This document shows, piece after piece, positions 9,263 to 19,468 of a stretch of 64,000 bases of DNA; within the stretch, counting starts at the first letter, position 1, and the number at the start of each line of letters is the position of its first letter. The stretch lies in IMG/VR virus record IMGVR_UViG_3300044212_000014, positions 10,272 to 74,271 of that record; one strand, given 5' to 3'. Below the pieces are notes generated by a model, which worked only from the letters and a program-made list of their open reading frames with translations, did no database searches and had not been told where the DNA came from. The DNA comes from a virus (Duplodnaviria > Caudoviricetes). Both the position numbers and the translations under genes were made by a program.

Positions 9263-10018
9263 ATGAGCATTTTTGATGAACTTAAAAAACCTTTCCCCCC
9301 TAGTGATGTCGAATGGAGATTGAGCAGTAAGTCGAAGGACAAAAAAAGAGGTCAGGTACTTGCGTATATCACAGCTCGTGGCGTACAAGAACGTCTCGAC
9401 GAGGTGGTTGGGCCGGAAAACTGGTCAATTTCATACCGTCCAGCAGACCTTGGTGTTATTACTCAGTCTACATATAATGGAGACAAGTCTGTACCAGTTA
9501 AGGGTTTCTTGGCAGAACTTACTGTATATGTAGGAGATAAGGTAATTACTCGCGTGGATGGCAGTAACTGTACGGACTTCGAGCCGTTTAAGGGTGGCTT
9601 GTCTGGCGCATTAAAAAGGGCCGCGTCTGCTCTCGGCATTGGTCGGTATCTGTATAAGCTTCCTCCGACTTGGGTTCCCATTGACAACTATGGTAATTTC
9701 AAGAACCCACAACTTCCTGAATGGGCGTTACCGGAGGGGTTCCAGTATCCTCACGAATACCATAGTGAAGAAGCAGAAACTCCTCATCAATATCACGGAA
9801 GTGAAGACCCAGCACCGTCGTTTGACGCTGAACAGCAAGGGCCTATTGGGCCAGTAACAATGCCTCGCGGTAAATTCACCGGAAAGCCAGTCGCTGAAAT
9901 TACAGACTACGGATATCTTGACTGGATTGTGAATAAGTCTAGCTTTGAAGCTGATATTAAAGAAGCGGCGGCGGCGGCATTAAAGAAACGAATGGACGAG
10001 CTTGAGTTCGCTGGTTAA
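9263..10018 (+). CDS. sak: Rad52/Rad22-family (Sak) single-strand annealing recombinase
   Basis: LKKPFPPSDVEWR, LAYITARGVQERLDEVVGPENW, ALKRAASALGIGRYLY motifs. Confidence 0.85.
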   Translation: MSIFDELKKPFPPSDVEWRLSSKSKDKKRGQVLAYITARGVQERLDEVVGPENWSISYRPADLGVITQSTYNGDKSVPVKGFLAELTVYVGDKVITRVDGSNCTDFEPFKGGLSGALKRAASALGIGRYLYKLPPTWVPIDNYGNFKNPQLPEWALPEGFQYPHEYHSEEAETPHQYHGSEDPAPSFDAEQQGPIGPVTMPRGKFTGKPVAEITDYGYLDWIVNKSSFEADIKEAAAAALKKRMDELEFAG

Positions 10019-10033
10019 TGGCGAGGTGATATA

Positions 10034-10234
10034 ATGTCATTAGATTTATTTTGGAAAGCATTCTTCTACACATTTTTTACCGCTGGAATAGCCGCTTATA
10101 GTTTTCTCACCTACACTATAATTTCCAGCAGTAGTGCTTATGAATCATGTTTTGAAGAGTGGTCTATTATTACTATTGTCCTTTTAGTCCTATTCTGTGT
10201 TCTGCTTGGTGTTGTGTCAGGGGGTGTTACATGA
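10034..10234 (+). CDS. Small membrane protein
   Basis: GAGGTG RBS, two hydrophobic segments. Confidence 0.55.
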   Translation: MSLDLFWKAFFYTFFTAGIAAYSFLTYTIISSSSAYESCFEEWSIITIVLLVLFCVLLGVVSGGVT

Positions 10235-10533
10235 CAACGTATGAGTACATAGAAGAAGAATATGGTAAGATTCCGGCCTTAGTCTATCAAGTAGTTGAAA
10301 AGAAGTGCGAAGAAAAAGGTGTCCTACTCAAGGGACACCTATTCGTGCGATTAGGGATAAAGGAAATTAGTGCCGAGATTTCGTGCGTTGGTATAGAAAG
10401 TATACATAACGCCGTGAGCAAGCTAACAAAAAATGGCTTAATGGAAAGCATAAAATTCCACTGCTATTTAGAGAAGTTTAGGAGAGTTAAATCATTTAGG
10501 GGGAAAGATGGACAGACATACGGCCCAAAGTGA
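10231..10533 (+). CDS. Hypothetical protein
   Basis: Coupled ATGA overlap with the previous gene. Confidence 0.55.
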   Translation: MTTYEYIEEEYGKIPALVYQVVEKKCEEKGVLLKGHLFVRLGIKEISAEISCVGIESIHNAVSKLTKNGLMESIKFHCYLEKFRRVKSFRGKDGQTYGPK

Positions 10534-10807
10534 TATGGTGCAGATGTATCTTATTAAATCTATGAGACTAATAGGTACAAATTCACCAAATTATATGCGT
10601 GTTATGCGCTATTTTGACGGAAGGCGAGAAGAAGAGATATATAGATTCTATAATTATTTAATGACACACGACCTTCCGTTAGGTTGTTCTCTAGGAGAGT
10701 TATACCATTTAGAGGCAAGATATAGAAATATAGATAGTTATAAAGAACTTGATTTGCCTGAACTAAAAGATACAATACCCTATTCGGTAGAATTACTCTC
10801 CGACTAA
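10508..10807 (+). CDS. Hypothetical protein
   Basis: ORF in operon order. Confidence 0.55.
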   Translation: MDRHTAQSDMVQMYLIKSMRLIGTNSPNYMRVMRYFDGRREEEIYRFYNYLMTHDLPLGCSLGELYHLEARYRNIDSYKELDLPELKDTIPYSVELLSD

Positions 10808-10820
10808 TGGAGGTAATACC

Positions 10821-11060
10821 ATGGAGTACAATAAGACAGATCGGTTAGACCAACTCTTATTTGGTTTGTTTTTGCAAGTTAGAGATTTCTACCACATAAA
10901 AGATAATGCCGGGGTAGAGCAAGACTTGGAAATGAGAGAAAAAATGTTAAGAATTACCGCACAGAGGATAGAGGCCCTTTACAAAGGCGAAGATATGTGT
11001 TATAATAAGGACAAGGGGAAATTGATTAACTTCCCATCTGTACCATGGTCTAAGTTATAA
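10821..11060 (+). CDS. Hypothetical protein
   Basis: GGAGGT RBS. Confidence 0.6.
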   Translation: MEYNKTDRLDQLLFGLFLQVRDFYHIKDNAGVEQDLEMREKMLRITAQRIEALYKGEDMCYNKDKGKLINFPSVPWSKL

Positions 11061-11069
11061 GGGGGTATA

Positions 11070-13052
11070 ATGAACCTAAGACAAACGATTATTGCTAAAG
11101 TTGATTTGCCAAGTTTTATATCGCAAGAATCAGGGGTTGAGTTACATAGGTCGTCAAACGGGTTCCGATGCGCTTGTCCCATTCATGGCTCTGGCAATGA
11201 AACGACAATGTTCATTGATGATAACGGTGGCTATTACTGTTACTCTTGCGGGTCTGGTGGTAGTGTAATCAACTTTCTTTCGGAGTACGAACATATAAGT
11301 TATAGCTCTGCGCAAGAAAAGCTAGCCTATATGTTAAACATTGATTTGGATATCGACGGTGATTATGCACAACAGAAAGAGATAGAAAACAGATACGAAG
11401 AAAGAAAGAACATTGACAAACGAAGTATTTCCGTCATGAGAGATTATCTCACGAAAAAGAGGATGTTCACGGACGATACTATTAATGCTTTTGAGCTTGG
11501 TGTATATCACGATAAGAAATTAACAATACCTTTGCTAGATCAAAATGGAAGAACAGTTGCTTTGGCTTGGCGGTCGTTTGAAGAAAGTGGGCCCAAATAT
11601 GTAAACAGCAAGAATAACCTTCTGTACGATAAGTCTTGTTTCTTATTTAACCTTGATAAAGCAAGAAGGTTAATTAGAGATAAGGTATATATCGTCGAAG
11701 GATACATGGATGCCATGTCAGGCCACCAAATGGGACTTCCAACGGTAGCATATTGCGGAAGTGAGATACACAAAGACCAGATTGTATCACTATCACAATA
11801 TTTACAGAAGGATACCAGTATTATTATCTGCCCTGATAATGACGACGCTGGGATGGATAGGACTCCCCTCGTGTCAGAGATCATTTCAAAAAGATATGTC
11901 CCTGAAAGACAGGTAAGAGTTATCTGTGTACCCGACGGAATAAAGGACATGAACGACATGCTGGTAGCTGGCATAAATCCGGCAGATTTACCGTCAGAAG
12001 ACATTAGTAAGTTTGTTTTGAGGCGCATCCTTAATAAATGTAAAACGATAGAGCAAGAGTACTCAAAAGCGGAAGAGTTTTTTAGGACAGTATCTAGTCA
12101 GCTTATAAAACTGGATATAATCCATATGTTATCAGAACGCTGGGGGAAAGAGTTTGATGACCTAAAAAAGACATTCTCAGCAGTAGGTGAGGACACAGAA
12201 TCCATATTACAAGAAGCGTCAAACGTAGATGATTGTATCGCAGACCTACGACAGATATATGAGTCTGGGGGATACCCAACACACTTCCAACAAATTGATA
12301 ACTGTATTCATAAGGTAGAAAAGAAACAGGTAGTTATCGTAGGGGCTTGTGCTGGTTGTGGTAAGTCTAACTTTGCTATAGAGTATATGTTAAGAGCTAT
12401 ATGCCACAATAAACAACGTGTTATATTCTTCTCTCTCGAAATGCCAAAGGGCAAACTCATGGAGAGAATAATTGCCCAGTTGTTAAAAGTGCCAGTTCCA
12501 GATGTAGAAAACTTAATATTACAGGGAAACCCGTTAGTATTAAAAATACTAGACCTGTTACGCAAGAAATTAATTGTGTTTGATGGTAACTCTATGGACA
12601 TGGAAGGTATTGCGAGGAGAATAGATATCGTCAATGCCAAAGAACTTCTTGGTGGCCCAGTTGATATGGTGTTTGTTGATTACTTCGGCTATGTAAAGGG
12701 TACGTCTGATTTCGAGGGTGCGTCTAATGCCGCTAGGGAAATGAAGGGTATCGCGAAAAGTAGAAACATTATATTCGTTATGTTAAGCCAGTTAAACCGT
12801 AGTGGTAATGAATACAGCGAACCAACGATGCAACAGTTAAAACTTACGGGAGACTTAGAAGCGTCTGGAGATATCGTAATGTTATTGTGGCGACCAGAGA
12901 AAGACCCTAACTTAGCACTTGCTGATAGACAGGAGCTAGAGAATGTGACTAGGTTAAAGATATGCAAAGCCAGAGATGGTATGTATGGCTCCAATATGAT
13001 ACAGTTTAAGTATAACAAACAGGAATCACGACTAGAAGAATGTTACATGTAG
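11070..13052 (+). CDS. DNA primase-helicase fusion (CHC2 zinc finger, TOPRIM, DnaB-like)
   Basis: CACPIHG...YYCYSC, IVEGYMDA, PDNDDAG, Walker A GACAGCGKS, VFVDY, LSQLNR, LEASGD. Confidence 0.92.
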   Translation: MNLRQTIIAKVDLPSFISQESGVELHRSSNGFRCACPIHGSGNETTMFIDDNGGYYCYSCGSGGSVINFLSEYEHISYSSAQEKLAYMLNIDLDIDGDYAQQKEIENRYEERKNIDKRSISVMRDYLTKKRMFTDDTINAFELGVYHDKKLTIPLLDQNGRTVALAWRSFEESGPKYVNSKNNLLYDKSCFLFNLDKARRLIRDKVYIVEGYMDAMSGHQMGLPTVAYCGSEIHKDQIVSLSQYLQKDTSIIICPDNDDAGMDRTPLVSEIISKRYVPERQVRVICVPDGIKDMNDMLVAGINPADLPSEDISKFVLRRILNKCKTIEQEYSKAEEFFRTVSSQLIKLDIIHMLSERWGKEFDDLKKTFSAVGEDTESILQEASNVDDCIADLRQIYESGGYPTHFQQIDNCIHKVEKKQVVIVGACAGCGKSNFAIEYMLRAICHNKQRVIFFSLEMPKGKLMERIIAQLLKVPVPDVENLILQGNPLVLKILDLLRKKLIVFDGNSMDMEGIARRIDIVNAKELLGGPVDMVFVDYFGYVKGTSDFEGASNAAREMKGIAKSRNIIFVMLSQLNRSGNEYSEPTMQQLKLTGDLEASGDIVMLLWRPEKDPNLALADRQELENVTRLKICKARDGMYGSNMIQFKYNKQESRLEECYM

Positions 13053-13059
13053 AAAAGAC

Positions 13060-13088
13060 TTGACAAAACGTTAAAAATGTGGTATAAT
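13060..13088 (+). promoter_or_regulatory. Sigma70-type promoter for HNH gene (duplicated at 20829-20857)
   Basis: TTGACA-17-TATAAT with TG. Confidence 0.8.
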
Positions 13089-13108
13089 GTATTCATGGAG
13101 GTAAGGAA

Positions 13109-13771
13109 ATGCCATATACAATACCTGAGTTCGAAAATTACATATTATATGATAACCTAGATGTTTTTAGCAAGACGTCTGGTAGGTTTTTAAGCGCAGA
13201 GGTGGTAACACTGTGCAACGGCAAAACTAGAAAGCATTTTACTAGGAACTCTCTTAAGAAATATATCCCCATAGATGATAAGTATATTAAAATCCCTGGT
13301 TTTAACGGGGAATATGGGATATCAAAAGATGGTGAGGTTTATAGCTTTAAAACATTTAGGGTATTAAAATCATACCCCAACAAATATCGTCGCGGATATG
13401 TATATATCATACTGAGCCTCAATGGGAAACCAAAAACTTGCAAGGTACATAGGTTAGTAGCATTAACATACATACCAAATCCAAGTGGTAAGGAGTGCGT
13501 TAACCATATTAATGGAAATGTACAGGATAACAGTGTCGATAATTTGGAATGGTGTACAGTTAAAGAAAACAACCTTTGGAATGTTAGTAGAGGCGTTGCT
13601 AATGGTGGTAACCATAAAAAATGTTATCTATACACCAAGTCCGGAGAGTTTGTTGGTTCGTTTCGCTCTATTAGAAAGGCTAGCGAATACGTCAAGTCTA
13701 TTGGGTGTAGCGGATATGATGATATTAGGAAATTAAAATATAATAAATATTACACGTTGGAGGTGCGTTAA
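13109..13771 (+). CDS. NUMOD4/HNH homing endonuclease
   Basis: IPGFNGEYGISKDGEVYS and KVHRLVALTYIPNP...VNHINGNVQDNSVDNLEW. Confidence 0.88.
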   Translation: MPYTIPEFENYILYDNLDVFSKTSGRFLSAEVVTLCNGKTRKHFTRNSLKKYIPIDDKYIKIPGFNGEYGISKDGEVYSFKTFRVLKSYPNKYRRGYVYIILSLNGKPKTCKVHRLVALTYIPNPSGKECVNHINGNVQDNSVDNLEWCTVKENNLWNVSRGVANGGNHKKCYLYTKSGEFVGSFRSIRKASEYVKSIGCSGYDDIRKLKYNKYYTLEVR

Positions 13772-14656
13772 TTGCCACTAAGTAGCTATTTTTGTCCCGA
13801 CGGCGGGAGAATCAAAATTGAAGATTGTTTAAAAGAATGTAGATTAAAAGGTAAGATGAACCCAATAACCGGAATGGACTATGTTACTTGCGGGAGGTGT
13901 TTATCTATACCGACATTAAGAGCCGTTTCCGAACAGAGAAGTTGGACTGGCAAACCATCCACTACTCAGTTGTTACGAGGAACGAGAGAGGCATATTTAA
14001 CTCTTACGAGAGAATATGCAATCGACCCCAAAAGTATGATGTTTGCTCTTCACGGCACAAACACTCATGCGAGACTCGAAGACGGCATGTCAGAAGAGGA
14101 CTTGGGGGAACAGCGGCTGGATGACGGAGTGTCCACTGGAGCATTTGACTACTACTCAGATGAAGACGGGGGAACGCTATTCGACTATAAGACGTACTCT
14201 TCATATGTTTGTGGAAAGTATATGGGAATAGGGAGCAGGAAGGAACTAATAGGCCATTACAAGAATGGTAAACCTAGATTTCAGTCAGTAAGAACTTATG
14301 GTAATGCAAAGCACGACCTAGACCTAGCCATACAGTTAAACGATTACCGGATGAAAATACAAAAGGTTCTTAAAAAGCCAGTAGCAAACATGGTTTGTGA
14401 GATGATTGTAAGAGACGGTGGCACGTATATGGCTAAGAATAGAGGGGTAGATGATACTGCATACCTCATTAAGGTTGGTAAAATAAGTGATATTTGGGTT
14501 GAGAGGTATATGAAACGAAAAGCAAACGATTTAATTTCTGCGCTAGAAACTGGGAGAATGCCGCCACCATGCAGACCACATGAATGCTGGCACGGTAGAA
14601 AATGCAGAGACTTCTGCCCAGTTAATATGTATTGTGACGCATACAAAGGAGAATAA
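13772..14656 (+). CDS. Cas4-like PD-(D/E)XK exonuclease with Cys cluster
   Basis: LFDYKT catalytic motif, AIQLNDY, N-terminal Cys residues and C-terminal C-x5-C-x3-C-x5-C. Confidence 0.65.
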   Translation: MPLSSYFCPDGGRIKIEDCLKECRLKGKMNPITGMDYVTCGRCLSIPTLRAVSEQRSWTGKPSTTQLLRGTREAYLTLTREYAIDPKSMMFALHGTNTHARLEDGMSEEDLGEQRLDDGVSTGAFDYYSDEDGGTLFDYKTYSSYVCGKYMGIGSRKELIGHYKNGKPRFQSVRTYGNAKHDLDLAIQLNDYRMKIQKVLKKPVANMVCEMIVRDGGTYMAKNRGVDDTAYLIKVGKISDIWVERYMKRKANDLISALETGRMPPPCRPHECWHGRKCRDFCPVNMYCDAYKGE

Positions 14657-14657
14657 C

Positions 14658-14924
14658 ATGGATAAAGACATCTTAGCAGAATTTGAGAAAGAATTAAAGT
14701 CTGGTATTAAAATTGGGATTAACATGAAAGAGAATAACGACAAGGTTGAGTGTGGCATTATCGGTGATAAAGAGTATTCTCCTCAGCTTGTACTAACCTT
14801 GTTGATCATCTCCATTGCTAATCTTATGCAGATAGACCCAAGCGATCTGTTAGACGCGTGTGTTTCTGCTCGCAAGAAAGATGGTATTGACTTGTCAGAC
14901 CAGTTCGAACATCTTATTAACTAA
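14658..14924 (+). CDS. Hypothetical protein
   Basis: AAGGAG RBS. Confidence 0.6.
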   Translation: MDKDILAEFEKELKSGIKIGINMKENNDKVECGIIGDKEYSPQLVLTLLIISIANLMQIDPSDLLDACVSARKKDGIDLSDQFEHLIN

Positions 14925-15586
14925 TGGATGAGTGCGAAGTAAGAAGTAATTGTAGGAAGAGTTATGATTGCGATTGGTGCGATTACTATAGCGAATATTC
15001 CCCAATAAACATTAATATTAAATGCAAAAGACAGATAGAAAATACAAAAATTCGTAGAGAGCAGAGGAAAGTGAAAAGAATTTCCGATGCCTCTAAGAGG
15101 GGAAGGTCAAACAGAAGGAACGGACGTAAGGCAGAACGAGACGTTGAAAATCTATTAAACGAACTGGGGTTAGATGCCTCAAGAACTCCTATGTCCGGCG
15201 CACTTAAAACAGCAAACCTCATACCTCAATTAAAAGACCATGTGTCCGGTGATATAAGAATAAAGTATTTAGACAAAGAGCTTATAGTTGAATGCAAAAG
15301 GAATATTCATTCGGATAGTTGGTATAAACTTACAGAAAAAGGTTTAATACATATAGATGGGTTTTGCTATGGTCTTACAAAAGAGTTATTCGAATATTTG
15401 GTAAACGGACTACTAAGTGGGGAATGTATTGATATCCCAGACAACAAATTTAAGATGTTGCATAAATATTTCGACCAAGATAACTCAGATATCGTCGTTG
15501 TTACTAGGCCATGGCACGACCCCCTGTTCTTCTTAAAAGAAAAAACATTTGAATTATTCGGAGGTAATATAAATCATGATAAGTAG
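14924..15586 (+). CDS. Holliday-junction resolvase-like PD-(D/E)XK nuclease
   Basis: GRKAERDVENLL, SGDI, LIVECKR motifs of Hjc-like nucleases. Confidence 0.65.
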   Translation: MDECEVRSNCRKSYDCDWCDYYSEYSPININIKCKRQIENTKIRREQRKVKRISDASKRGRSNRRNGRKAERDVENLLNELGLDASRTPMSGALKTANLIPQLKDHVSGDIRIKYLDKELIVECKRNIHSDSWYKLTEKGLIHIDGFCYGLTKELFEYLVNGLLSGECIDIPDNKFKMLHKYFDQDNSDIVVVTRPWHDPLFFLKEKTFELFGGNINHDK

Positions 15587-15824
15587 CGAAAATAGAATGT
15601 CGAGAATTGAACCTACGTCGCTTTATATCTCTAGCGTTAGCGAGAAAGACCAGCATGGAATTGACCGTTTAGTCGCAACTCGCATTATGGCTTTAAATGC
15701 AACGACTCCTAAGCCTATCGTGGTAAAGACGTTCGCTATCGGAGACTTTGACAACGGGGTAAAAATAGAAACTTCCGAACGTCTTTTGGAAGTAACTAAA
15801 GATGCCATGGAGGATATAGGATAA
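15576..15824 (+). CDS. Hypothetical protein
   Basis: GGAGGT RBS, coupled ORF. Confidence 0.55.
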   Translation: MISSENRMSRIEPTSLYISSVSEKDQHGIDRLVATRIMALNATTPKPIVVKTFAIGDFDNGVKIETSERLLEVTKDAMEDIG

Positions 15825-16261
15825 TGCCTCCGGCATATGAAGAGTTGGTAAGCCAATTCGAAGAAATAAAGTATAGATACGAACAACTCACGGATACAGA
15901 TGTGTTAGAGGCATTCTCTCTCATGAGAGATTCCTCTTCACTACTGGCAAGTTACGACACGATGGTAGCGGAGTCATACAAACTAACGGCACTTACCGAA
16001 AGACAAGCTAGGGCGGTAGAGGCCAGAAAAAGTATAGAACTTTCTGTTAAACCGACGGAAGGCGCGAGAAGAGCAACCGCTGATGAAGAAGTCGTATCGG
16101 CGTGGAATAAATATATATCGGTAGCTACAAGTCAGAAATATATAGAAGCCAACGCAAAGTTCCTTAGTAGAGTATATTTCGATGCCAAGATGATAACTGA
16201 GAATTGTTATCGAAAGGAAAGGCCGGCAGTAGGAACAGACCGTATTGTTGGTAGAACGTAA
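15824..16261 (+). CDS. Hypothetical helical protein
   Basis: TAATG coupling with the previous gene. Confidence 0.6.
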   Translation: MPPAYEELVSQFEEIKYRYEQLTDTDVLEAFSLMRDSSSLLASYDTMVAESYKLTALTERQARAVEARKSIELSVKPTEGARRATADEEVVSAWNKYISVATSQKYIEANAKFLSRVYFDAKMITENCYRKERPAVGTDRIVGRT

Positions 16262-16278
16262 TCAGCCTAGGAGGTTTT

Positions 16279-16800
16279 ATGCCAAGAACAAGAAAAAATG
16301 AAACTTATTCTGTAGATGATTTAAAAGTAACTAAATATGAACCATATACGCCAGAGGCCCCGAAGGTGAAGGTAAAGTTTATAAAAGAAAGACCCGACTC
16401 TAAGGCTCCTGAATATAAGACGGATGGCTCGTTTGCTTTTGACCTGTACTCCGATAGGGACTGTACTGTTGTTGGTAATAAACCTACACTAATTTCTTTG
16501 GGGGTAAAAGTTGAAATTCCATCTGGATATGGTATGTTAATTATTCCTAGGTCATCCATTGGGAGCAAAACTCCCCTTCGTCAGTCAAATTCAGTTGGCC
16601 TAATTGATAGTGATTACCGTGGTGTTGTTATGGTAATGTATGAATCAAACAGAGATATTGCTGGTTCGACTATAGTTCGTAGAGGGGATAGAATAGCGCA
16701 GGGATTTCTAATCCCATATGTAAATGTTGACTTTGTAGAAGCAGACGAATTAAGCGAGACAGAAAGGGGTACTGGTGGATTTGGTTCTACTGGTAGATAG
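16279..16800 (+). CDS. dut: Trimeric dUTPase
   Basis: AFDLY, IPRSSIG, GLIDSDYRG, RIAQG, RGTGGFGSTG motifs I-V. Confidence 0.95.
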   Translation: MPRTRKNETYSVDDLKVTKYEPYTPEAPKVKVKFIKERPDSKAPEYKTDGSFAFDLYSDRDCTVVGNKPTLISLGVKVEIPSGYGMLIIPRSSIGSKTPLRQSNSVGLIDSDYRGVVMVMYESNRDIAGSTIVRRGDRIAQGFLIPYVNVDFVEADELSETERGTGGFGSTGR

Positions 16801-16809
16801 GAGAACGAT

Positions 16810-17376
16810 ATGTGTGTAACTAGAGTGCAACTATTTTTTATGGTAGCAGGATTCATTGCTGGTCTTGTGTCCCTATCTGGTGTTATATACCATCTTGTTA
16901 TGACATTTCGATGGAATGATATTGTAGCGTGGAGTGGTATGTTATCGTCTTATATTGTTTGAGGTATCCGACCTATTTAAGCCAGACTTTGAAGATAATG
17001 ACATGGAGGATAAATAATATGAAAGTACCAGAACATTACGTAGAATATTTCGAAAACAGAAGAAAAAGGTGTCGTTGTTTGCAAGTTAAAAAACTGCTTT
17101 ACCGTTAGGAAGTGCGCTATTGACCATCTGAGCAAAATGGGTGACTGGGCGATTAGAGATGCTTTCTCGGCATACTCCGCTAGCGTAGACGAAAATAAAC
17201 AGCAAAGAATCGGTATTGCTCATTTAGCCGACGGTGATATCTGGGACTCTCGCACTGGTCGTAAAGTGGCAAAGACGAAACTTGAAACGCACGTAAGTAA
17301 CTATTTCTTGAAAGTATTAGATAGCATTACCAATGATGCGTTACAGGTCGTAACTTGCTTTTTAACGGAGGTGTAG
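16810..17376 (+). pseudogene. Frameshifted copies of the two genes intact at 24579-24785 and 24787-25143
   Basis: Extra bases near 16949 and 17058 relative to copy 2 break both frames. Confidence 0.75.
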
Positions 17377-17380
17377 TCCA

Positions 17381-17674
17381 TTGAATGTTATTGGATATGA
17401 CAACTCAGGTAAGAAGAAAAAAGCGACGAAAGAAACGAACGAATGGTTTGACGAACATTACGGTGGAACAAGTGATGAAATTCAACCAATAGAATTTATG
17501 CAATCTCAATTTTCAGAAGAAGCGTTTGTTGGCGCTATCTTGTTTAATATAGTTAAGTACTCTTCACGGCTCGGGAAAAAGGATTCCCCTTTAGAGGAAG
17601 CGCGGAAGATACTACGATATTCCCAATGGTTAGTTAAGGTACTAGAGGGAGAAACAATAGACCCAAGGGTTTAA
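17381..17674 (+). CDS. DUF3310-like phage protein
   Basis: HYGG...IQPIEF...NIVKYSSRLGKKD...EARKILRY. Confidence 0.75.
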   Translation: MNVIGYDNSGKKKKATKETNEWFDEHYGGTSDEIQPIEFMQSQFSEEAFVGAILFNIVKYSSRLGKKDSPLEEARKILRYSQWLVKVLEGETIDPRV

Positions 17675-17705
17675 ATATAAAATTATGTTTTATTGAAGGG
17701 GGTTT

Positions 17706-18020
17706 TTGATGCCGAAGTTATTGGCAATCCTCTCACTATTATTCGTTTTCGCAATGCCCGTTTATGGGATGCAGGTTAGATGTACTGCATATACAACTAC
17801 TGAGAACACGGGCATTATGGCTAACGGTATGGAAGCGCAGGTCGGATATGTGGCTTGTGACTTCCTTCCCTTAGGTACTGTCATATACATAGACGGTGCT
17901 AGGTACATAGTAGGAGATAGGATAGGAGACGGAACAAACAACCATATTGATATTGTTTTTAACAGTTACGACGAAGCAATAAACTTTGGTGTGCAGTATT
18001 TAGATATGGAGGTAGCATAA
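17706..18020 (+). CDS. Secreted 3D-domain (MltA-like) protein
   Basis: Signal peptide; CTAYT, VACD, LPLGT, GDRIG, HIDI motifs. Confidence 0.8.
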   Translation: MMPKLLAILSLLFVFAMPVYGMQVRCTAYTTTENTGIMANGMEAQVGYVACDFLPLGTVIYIDGARYIVGDRIGDGTNNHIDIVFNSYDEAINFGVQYLDMEVA

Positions 18021-18821
18021 TTGAATGAGACGGACATGATAAGTAAAGCGTACCTACCTCACGTAATGAGGACTAGGGTTATTGGAGATAAAGGTGCGCT
18101 GGCTGTCTTATCTGATATACATGAGGGTGCAAACAACAGGAAATATTTACAAGATGCCGTGTCGTTCTTGTTATCGCTAGGGCCTCGATGTAAAGTTGTT
18201 ATCGGTGGAGATAGTACCAATACCATAACACGGAATAGCAAGGGAATACCTATCGAAGAATGGGCTAGCGGGGATAAACAAATATTTTCCCTCGTTGATG
18301 ATATAAAGCCATTGTATGACTCAGGACAGATCATAGGGATTACATCTGGTAATCACACGAGGAGAGCATATGACAGCACATTTATAACGATAGAAGCCAT
18401 GATCGCAAGCATACTGGGCGATAGGTCATTATATAAGGGTTCTATGGGTATTGTATATTTCAACGTAAATAAAAATTGTTACGTCCACCATATTTTACAT
18501 AAACATAGGGCTACGGAAGGTGCATATGATTTCTTCTCGGCAGACGCTAACTGGTTCGAGCATAAGCATAAGCCAATGGTTCGCCCTAAGATAATGATTG
18601 ACCATAACAAATATGAAAAGGTTCCCGTGGCTAAGAGATGTTGGGATATATACCAGTCTTCATTTCAGGATTATCCTGATTATGCCAAGGTCGCTGGATA
18701 TAGACCTAGTGTCCCCGGATTTTATATTTGCGAAATGAGCGGAGATATTCATAATAGATCGCTTACCCCATATATGGATGGAACGTACCACGCACTTATT
18801 AATGGCGGTTATGTGTTTTAA
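18021..18821 (+). CDS. Calcineurin-like metallophosphoesterase
   Basis: SDIHEG, GGD, SGNH, HKH metal-binding motifs. Confidence 0.75.
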   Translation: MNETDMISKAYLPHVMRTRVIGDKGALAVLSDIHEGANNRKYLQDAVSFLLSLGPRCKVVIGGDSTNTITRNSKGIPIEEWASGDKQIFSLVDDIKPLYDSGQIIGITSGNHTRRAYDSTFITIEAMIASILGDRSLYKGSMGIVYFNVNKNCYVHHILHKHRATEGAYDFFSADANWFEHKHKPMVRPKIMIDHNKYEKVPVAKRCWDIYQSSFQDYPDYAKVAGYRPSVPGFYICEMSGDIHNRSLTPYMDGTYHALINGGYVF

Positions 18822-18833
18822 GGAGAGAGTAAA

Positions 18834-19346
18834 ATGCCGAATTATCTTGATAGCCTAATAGATTCTTATGTTGATGATACGGAGCAAGATACGTACCAGT
18901 TACAAAAATATATCGTGGGCCTAATCGACAAATATTCTTCCGAACAGATAGATGGTAAAGAGGCGTGTCGTAGCATATCAAATATTACACGTCGAGACGA
19001 GTGGATACAGGACGTAAATAGTAATAGATTGAAAGAGAAAATAAAACAGAAATACTCGTTTGTCCGGTATGCAAAATCGCCTGAGGATATAATTATAGAG
19101 TGGGAAACCGCGGAAAAGATACTACATTTCCTTACGTGGTTACATTCTATAATTAATCACACTGATTGGTATATACTTACTCAGATGTCATTTAGGAAGA
19201 TACCAGCTACTATGTTAGCAAGAGAAATGAACATACCAAGGGACACGATATATAAAAGACTTTCCGTTGTTAGGAATGTGGCTAAAGAGTTTATGCCATA
19301 TTATGCGGAACAGTTCGGAGATATTAAAGAATATTTGGAGGACTAG
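18834..19346 (+). CDS. Sigma-region-4-like HTH transcription regulator
   Basis: C-terminal ATMLAREMNIPRDTIYKRL HTH. Confidence 0.55.
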   Translation: MPNYLDSLIDSYVDDTEQDTYQLQKYIVGLIDKYSSEQIDGKEACRSISNITRRDEWIQDVNSNRLKEKIKQKYSFVRYAKSPEDIIIEWETAEKILHFLTWLHSIINHTDWYILTQMSFRKIPATMLAREMNIPRDTIYKRLSVVRNVAKEFMPYYAEQFGDIKEYLED

Positions 19347-19468
19347 ACATGGACACGGTTAAAGCAGAAAAAGATTCTATAAAAGTATATGTATCAATAC
19401 CACCGTTAAGTTCTGTATAATAATATAACTAAAATAAAGGCAACAGTTCGTTAAAATGGAGGGAAAAT

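Noticed and set aside
13772-14656. CRISPR-Cas locus around the Cas4-like gene
   Set aside because: No cas1/cas2 and no repeat-spacer array seen anywhere in the window.
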